Shown here: in pieces, positions 58,716 to 64,000 of the stretch
Numbering within the stretch: the first letter of the stretch is position 1
Layout of the letters: each line of letters starts with the position of its first letter
Source: Clostridiales bacterium
GTDB taxonomy: Bacteria; Bacillota; Clostridia; Lachnospirales; Lachnospiraceae
Assembly (NCBI GenBank): GCA_018376135.1
Contig: JAHABX010000008.1
Span: 29,793-93,792, forward strand
DNA length: 64,000 nucleotides
Reading direction: 5' to 3'
Program-made: the position numbers and the translations under genes
Notes under the pieces: model-generated
The model's database searches: none
What the model was told of the DNA's origin: nothing
What the model saw: only the letters and a program-made list of their open reading frames with translations

Positions 58716-61355
58716 GTGAAAGAATACGGCGTTAATGAGCTTCGTAAGATGTTTCTTGAATTTTTTGAGAGTAAGGAACATCTGAAGATGAACAGTTTTT
58801 CTCTCGTTCCGCACAATGATAAGAGCTTGTTGTTGATCAATTCAGGAATGGCTCCTTTAAAACCATATTTTACAGGGGCGGAGATTCCACCGAGAAAGAG
58901 AGTGACTACCTGCCAGAAGTGTATCCGTACCGGAGACATTGAGAATGTGGGCAAGACTGCCCGCCACGGTACTTTTTTTGAGATGCTTGGCAACTTTTCT
59001 TTTGGTGATTATTTTAAAAGGGAAGCGATCCGCTGGTCCTGGGAATTCCTGACGGAGGTGGTGGGGCTTGACCCGCAGCGTCTGTATCCTTCCGTATATC
59101 TGGAGGATGATGAGGCATTTGAGATCTGGAATAAGGAGATCGGAATTCCGGCAGACCGCATCTTCCGTTTCGGCAAGGAGGATAATTTCTGGGAGCATGG
59201 CGCAGGTCCGTGCGGTCCCTGCTCTGAGATCTATTATGACCGTGGTGAGAAATACGGCTGCGGCAGACCGGACTGTACGGTGGGCTGTGAGTGCGACCGT
59301 TACATGGAGATCTGGAATAACGTATTTACGCAGTTTGACAATGACGGACATAACAACTACAGCGAGCTGCAGCAGAAAAATATCGATACAGGTATGGGAC
59401 TGGAGCGTCTTGCATCTGTGGTGCAGGATGTGGATTCTATCTTTGATGTGGATACGGTACGTGCGCTGCGTGACAGAGTATGTGAGTTTGCACACTGCGA
59501 ATACAGGAAGGATGACAGCAAGGATGTGTCCATCCGTCTGATCACGGACCATATCCGTTCCGCTACCTTTATGATCTCTGACGGTATCATGCCGACCAAT
59601 GAGGGACGAGGTTATGTACTCCGCCGTCTGATCCGCCGTGCGGCACGTCATGGCCGTCTGCTCGGTATTGAGGGCAAGTTCCTTGCAAAGCTGTCAGAGA
59701 CCGTTATTGCAGGTTCCAAGGACGGATATCCGGAGCTGGAGGACAAGAAGGAGTTTATCTTCAAGGTGCTGACGCAGGAAGAGGATAAGTTCAATAAGAC
59801 CATCGACCAGGGTCTGAGCATTCTGGCTGAGATGGAAGACGCCATGAAGGCAGCAGGGGAGAAGACTCTGAGCGGTCCGGATGCCTTTAAGCTGTACGAT
59901 ACCTATGGATTCCCGCTGGATCTGACGAAGGAGATTCTGGAGGAGAAGGGCTACGGCATCGATGAAGAGGGCTTCAAAGCCTGCATGGAAGAGCAGAGAG
60001 TCAAGGCGCGTTCCGCACGTGAAGTGACCAACTATATGGGAGCGGATGCAACCGTATATGATGAGATCGATGCTTCTGTTACCACGGAATTTACAGGCTA
60101 TGACTGTCTGGAAGACCAGTCGGTGATTACGGTTCTGACCACGGATACGGAGATCGCGGAAGCACTGACGGACGGACAGGTAGGAACTGTGTTCACAGAA
60201 AAGACGCCGTTCTATGCGACCATGGGCGGTCAGCAGGGCGATAAGGGTGTGATCACTCTTGGAGATGCAGAGTTCCTTGTTGAGGATACCATCAAGCTGC
60301 TGGGCGGCAAAGTGGGTCATGTGGGAAGAATGACGAAGGGTATGCTGAAGACCGGAGATCTGGTTATCCTGCATGTGGATGAAGCAGGACGTGCGGCTAC
60401 AGGTAAGAACCACAGCGCGACCCATCTGCTCCAGAAGGCGCTGAAGACCGTTCTGGGCAATCATGTAGAGCAGAAGGGGTCTCTGGTGACTCCGGACCGT
60501 CTGCGTTTTGACTTTGCACACTTCCAGCCGATGACGGCAGAAGAGATTGCAAAGGCAGAGAAGATGGTGAATGAAGCCATTCAGGCATCTCTTCCGGTCA
60601 CCACGCAGGTCATGAATATTGAAGAGGCAAAGAAGAGCGGCGCTATGGCGTTGTTTGACGAGAAATATGCAGAGAATGTGCGCGTGGTATCCATGGGTGA
60701 TTTCTCAAAAGAGCTCTGCGGCGGTACTCATGTGGCGAATACAGGAGTGATCACTGCTTTCAAGATCGTGTCCGAATCCGGTATTGCAGCCGGTGTGCGC
60801 CGTATCGAAGCGCTGACCGGAGAAGGTGTTTTTGCATACTACCGGGAGCAGGAAGAGAAGCTTATGGAGGCTGCAAAGCTTCTGAAGACGGTTCCGGCAT
60901 CTGTATCCGAGAAGATCGAGCATCTTCTTGCCGAGGTAAAGGCACTCCAGAGTGAGAACGAGGCACTGAAGAGCAAGGCTGCAAAGGATGCCCTGGGCGA
61001 TGTGATGAATCAGGTAAAAGAGATAAAGGGTGTGAAGCTTCTTGCTGCAAAGGTAGACGGCGTGGATATGAACGGACTCCGGGATCTGGGCGATCAGCTG
61101 AAGGAGAAGCTGGGAGAAGGTGTTGTGCTCCTTGCATCCGTTGCGGAAGGAAAGGTCAGCCTGATGGCGACCGCCACTGACGGAGCCATGAAGGCAGGCG
61201 CTCACGCAGGCAACTTGATCAAGGCAATTGCATCTATCGTAGGCGGAGGCGGCGGCGGACGTCCGAATATGGCGCAGGCAGGAGGCAAGAATCCGGCAGG
61301 CGTGGACGAGGCGATCGCAAAGGCTTCTGAAGTTGTTGAAAATCAGATCAAATAA
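58716..61355 (+). CDS. alaS: alanine--tRNA ligase
   Basis: GTG start after CAGGAGGA. Class II motifs. An editing domain (HSATHLL). A C-terminal DHHA1 domain. 879 aa. Confidence 0.95.
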   Translation: MKEYGVNELRKMFLEFFESKEHLKMNSFSLVPHNDKSLLLINSGMAPLKPYFTGAEIPPRKRVTTCQKCIRTGDIENVGKTARHGTFFEMLGNFSFGDYFKREAIRWSWEFLTEVVGLDPQRLYPSVYLEDDEAFEIWNKEIGIPADRIFRFGKEDNFWEHGAGPCGPCSEIYYDRGEKYGCGRPDCTVGCECDRYMEIWNNVFTQFDNDGHNNYSELQQKNIDTGMGLERLASVVQDVDSIFDVDTVRALRDRVCEFAHCEYRKDDSKDVSIRLITDHIRSATFMISDGIMPTNEGRGYVLRRLIRRAARHGRLLGIEGKFLAKLSETVIAGSKDGYPELEDKKEFIFKVLTQEEDKFNKTIDQGLSILAEMEDAMKAAGEKTLSGPDAFKLYDTYGFPLDLTKEILEEKGYGIDEEGFKACMEEQRVKARSAREVTNYMGADATVYDEIDASVTTEFTGYDCLEDQSVITVLTTDTEIAEALTDGQVGTVFTEKTPFYATMGGQQGDKGVITLGDAEFLVEDTIKLLGGKVGHVGRMTKGMLKTGDLVILHVDEAGRAATGKNHSATHLLQKALKTVLGNHVEQKGSLVTPDRLRFDFAHFQPMTAEEIAKAEKMVNEAIQASLPVTTQVMNIEEAKKSGAMALFDEKYAENVRVVSMGDFSKELCGGTHVANTGVITAFKIVSESGIAAGVRRIEALTGEGVFAYYREQEEKLMEAAKLLKTVPASVSEKIEHLLAEVKALQSENEALKSKAAKDALGDVMNQVKEIKGVKLLAAKVDGVDMNGLRDLGDQLKEKLGEGVVLLASVAEGKVSLMATATDGAMKAGAHAGNLIKAIASIVGGGGGGRPNMAQAGGKNPAGVDEAIAKASEVVENQIK

Positions 61356-61370
61356 AATGTAAAAAAGCTG

Positions 61371-61399
61371 TTGACAAATGGGGTATTAGCTCATATAAT
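61371..61399 (+). promoter_or_regulatory. consensus sigma-A promoter for rpsU
   Basis: TTGACA, a 17-nt spacer, then TATAAT. Confidence 0.65.
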
Positions 61400-61475
61400 A
61401 GTAGCAGTGCAATAAAATACCCAGACAGTTGTATTTGGCACAATACACAACTGGAGGGAGGTTAGGTGTGATACT

Positions 61476-61652
61476 ATGTCAAATGTAATCGTTAAAGAAA
61501 ACGAAACTTTGGATAGCGCATTACGTCGTTTCAAGAGAAACTGCGCGAAGGCTGGAATTCAGCAGGAAATCCGTAAGAGAGAACATTACGAGAAACCAAG
61601 CGTAAAGCGTAAGAAAAAATCCGAAGCAGCTAGAAAGCGTAAATATAATTAA
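61476..61652 (+). CDS. rpsU: 30S ribosomal protein S21
   Basis: 58-aa [45 protein letters not shown]... preceded by GGAGGGAGG. It falls below the ORF-track length cutoff. Confidence 0.85.
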   Translation: MSNVIVKENETLDSALRRFKRNCAKAGIQQEIRKREHYEKPSVKRKKKSEAARKRKYN

Positions 61653-61662
61653 GATTGTGCAG

Positions 61663-61698
61663 TGATGCCTTGACTGTAAAGTCAAGGCATTTCTTATA
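61663..61698 (+). terminator. rho-independent terminator after rpsU
   Basis: GATGCCTTGACT-gtaaa-GTCAAGGCATTTCTTAT. Confidence 0.6.
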
Positions 61699-61753
61699 GG
61701 ATGAACTTCCTGTCTGTACAATCATGAAATCAGGTATACGTGGGGACAGAAAA

Positions 61754-62239
61754 ATGGGTGGCTTTATAACAGCGCTTTTAAGTAACAAGGTACTGGTCTG
61801 CGGTGCTTCCGGCTGGGCGGTGGCGCAGGTGTTGAAGACGATCATCTATGCATTGATCCATCAGGAGATCCGGTGGGAGCGAATGGTGGGCGACGGAGGG
61901 ATGCCAAGCGGACACTCGGCAACCGTCAGCGCGATGGCGGCTGCTTCCGGGCTGATCTATGGTTTCGAGACCTTTGAGTTTGCCATAGCCTGTATGCTGG
62001 CGATCATTGTTATGCACGATGCCATGGGTGTGCGTATGGAGACCGGCAGGCAGGGAAAGGTATTGAATGAGATGATTGAATTTTTCCGCACAGAGGGATT
62101 TGTGGAAGCGTTCAGGAAAAATGATCGGATGTACGAATTCTGGGAGGCAAGTCTGAAGGAATTTGTAGGTCATACACCGCTTCAGGTGGTGGCAGGCTGC
62201 GGACTGGGAATCGTGATCGCCTGCCTTATGATCTTGTAA
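61754..62239 (+). CDS. divergent PAP2 family (YuiD-like) membrane protein
   Basis: GMPSGHSA...MHDAMGVR are characteristic motifs. It commonly follows rpsU in Firmicutes. Confidence 0.75.
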   Translation: MGGFITALLSNKVLVCGASGWAVAQVLKTIIYALIHQEIRWERMVGDGGMPSGHSATVSAMAAASGLIYGFETFEFAIACMLAIIVMHDAMGVRMETGRQGKVLNEMIEFFRTEGFVEAFRKNDRMYEFWEASLKEFVGHTPLQVVAGCGLGIVIACLMIL

Positions 62240-62277
62240 TAAGGAGCCTGGGGCTCTGAGATAGAGAGGGTTATGAT

Positions 62278-63489
62278 ATGAATACACAAAAGAAAAAACT
62301 GAGCATTACGACGAAGATTTTCCTTGGTCTGATCGTTGGTGTACTGATCGGTATCTTTGCACCGGGACGGGCAGACTGGATGCTGAACGTGACGGATCTG
62401 TTCGGCAGTATCTATATGCATGCACTGAATATGGTCATCTATCCCATGGTGTTCTGCTCCATCGTGGATGGAATCTGCAGTGTGGGCAGTATAGGCGTTA
62501 CCGGTAAGATCAGCGGACGGACAATGATCTTCTTTACCGGAACGACGCTTCTGGCGTCCTTTGTGGGACTGGTCGTTCCAAGATTGATCGGACTTGGAAA
62601 AGGTGTTACGATTGAGATGGCAGAGGCAGAGGTGGAAGCAGTTCAGTTTGTCAGCATGCTGGATACAGTGAAGAATCTGATCCCTTCTAATCCGGTTGCG
62701 GCATTTGCAGAGGGGAATATGCTTCAGGTGCTTGTGTTTGCTGTGATCGTGGGTATTACAGCCCTGGCGATCGGAGAAAAGGCTAAGCCTGCCGTTACGC
62801 TGATCGTTTCTCTGAATGAGATTTTCATGAAGATTATCACGGTAGTCATGTTATTTACTCCGCTGGGTGTTCTGTGTACCATCGCTCCGGTGGTGGCGGC
62901 AAACGGAATTGATACGGTCATCTCCCTGATCCAGGCTCTGGCAGCGCTGTATATTGCATTCTTTGCATTTGCGTTTATCGTGTATGGAGGCCTCATCAAA
63001 TCCAAGGGAGGAAAGCCGATCCATTTCTTCAAGGCAATTATGCCTGCGGCGCTGAATGCATTCGGAACCTGCTCCAGCTCTGCGACGATCCCGATCAGTA
63101 AGAAGTGTGCAGAGGAGGGACTGGGAGTATCCAATAAGATTACTTCTCTGGTGCTTCCCCTTGGAGCGACCATCAATATGGATGCGGTGTCGATCCTTAT
63201 GTCCTTTATGATCACGTTTTTCGCCAATGCCTGCGGTGTGGAGGTCAGCATCGGACTTATGGTGATCGTGCTTCTGTCCAACGTGCTTCTTTCCATGGGA
63301 ACCCCGGGTGTGCCGGGAGCAGCGATCGCTTCCTTTGCGGCACTTGCATCGATTGCAGGACTTCCGGCGGGTGTTATGGGCATCTATATCAGCATCAATA
63401 CACTCTGCGACATGGGTGCGACCTGTGTGAATGTGCTGGGTGACCTTGCCTGTGCAGAGTATCTGAACAGAACCATGCATCTGGATTGA
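62278..63489 (+). CDS. dicarboxylate/amino acid:cation symporter (DAACS/GltP family)
   Basis: Family topology and motifs (the NMDA-like ATINMDAVS region). 403 aa. Confidence 0.85.
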   Translation: MNTQKKKLSITTKIFLGLIVGVLIGIFAPGRADWMLNVTDLFGSIYMHALNMVIYPMVFCSIVDGICSVGSIGVTGKISGRTMIFFTGTTLLASFVGLVVPRLIGLGKGVTIEMAEAEVEAVQFVSMLDTVKNLIPSNPVAAFAEGNMLQVLVFAVIVGITALAIGEKAKPAVTLIVSLNEIFMKIITVVMLFTPLGVLCTIAPVVAANGIDTVISLIQALAALYIAFFAFAFIVYGGLIKSKGGKPIHFFKAIMPAALNAFGTCSSSATIPISKKCAEEGLGVSNKITSLVLPLGATINMDAVSILMSFMITFFANACGVEVSIGLMVIVLLSNVLLSMGTPGVPGAAIASFAALASIAGLPAGVMGIYISINTLCDMGATCVNVLGDLACAEYLNRTMHLD

Positions 63490-63508
63490 GAAAAGGATAT
63501 AAAGAAAA

Positions 63509-63548
63509 GAGAGGCTGGAAAATCCGCAGTGATTTTCCGGCCTTTTAT
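63509..63548 (+). terminator. rho-independent terminator
   Basis: GGCTGGAAAATC...GATTTTCCGGCC followed by TTTTAT. Confidence 0.6.
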
Positions 63549-63626
63549 GCATATTTAAGACCTTTTGCGCTACACATATAGCAAAGGGGATTATGAGGTG
63601 GTATTCTGAAGAAAATATGCATACTG

Positions 63627-64000
63627 ATGCTTGTGTTCCTGCTGGCTGCGCGGCCGGTCATATCTGTGGCTGCGGCAGAGGGCGGAGAGGTAACCGTTGA
63701 GACGGGAAGCGGGGAGAACCCTGCAGAGGAAAATCAGGTGGCTGCACAGGTAGCGGCTCCGCACGCGCTTTTAATGGAGGTATCTACCGGAACGGTTCTG
63801 ATGGGAAAGGCAGCGGATGAGAAGGTGCATCCTGCCAGTGTGACCAAGATCATGACCATGCTGCTGATTCTGGAGGCGTTGGAGGAGGGGAAGATCGCCC
63901 TGAATGATACGGTGACGGTATCGGAGCATGCGGCATCCATGGGAGGCTCTCAGGTCTATCTGGAGCCGTTTGAACAGCAGACGGTGGAGACCATGCTGAA
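63627..64000 (+). CDS. D-alanyl-D-alanine carboxypeptidase (PBP5/DacB-like), N-terminal part; runs off the window
   Basis: Signal peptide, then the active-site SVTK (SxxK) in PASVTKIMT. There is no stop before the window end. Confidence 0.7.
   Translation, partial: MLVFLLAARPVISVAAAEGGEVTVETGSGENPAEENQVAAQVAAPHALLMEVSTGTVLMGKAADEKVHPASVTKIMTMLLILEALEEGKIALNDTVTVSEHAASMGGSQVYLEPFEQQTVETML

Noticed and set aside
1-64000. CRISPR arrays, tRNA or rRNA genes.
   Set aside because: No regularly spaced direct repeats and no full tRNA cloverleaf were found. The only T-arm-like motif, at ~7990, lacks D-arm and acceptor pairing.

Overview
This window is a chromosomal segment from a spore-forming Firmicute of the class Clostridia, about 50% GC, densely coding and mostly on the + strand. 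It holds core biosynthesis and translation genes (leuA behind a Leu-type T-box, thrC, pckA, queA, udk, aroA, tyrA, leuS, an EF-G paralog, alaS, rpsU, icd). Sporulation and cell-wall genes are interspersed (SleB-like hydrolase, spoIID, CotH, spoIVA, polysaccharide deacetylase, a D-Ala-D-Ala carboxypeptidase). The most distinctive content, in order of interest, is as follows. (1) A ~10.4-kb integrated mobile element (~39.85-50.28 kb) with three tandem large serine recombinases and a cargo of HlyD adaptor, ABC ATPase, FtsX permease and an OmpR-type two-component system. It sits between an amt-glnK fusion gene and a Re-citrate-synthase/GntR/icd cluster. (2) A signalling operon of a FecR-domain secreted protein, a CHASE2 class III adenylate cyclase (ATP-specifying Lys/Asp present) and a membrane NHL-repeat protein. 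It lies next to a large GLUG-repeat surface protein. (3) An ammonium transporter fused in frame to a complete PII (GlnK) domain, preceded by a repeat-containing attenuator-like leader. (4) A minus-strand operon of three small genes led by a 93-aa Cys/Gly/Asn-rich, internally duplicated, two-TM peptide. (5) A ~260-nt structured, terminator-ended leader directly upstream of spoIID that matches no riboswitch class recognisable by eye. No CRISPR arrays, rRNA or tRNA genes are present. All assignments rest on reading translated motifs, ribosome-binding sites (RBS), hairpins and -35/-10 boxes by eye; no database search was possible. Coordinates for short signals may be off by 1-2 nt.
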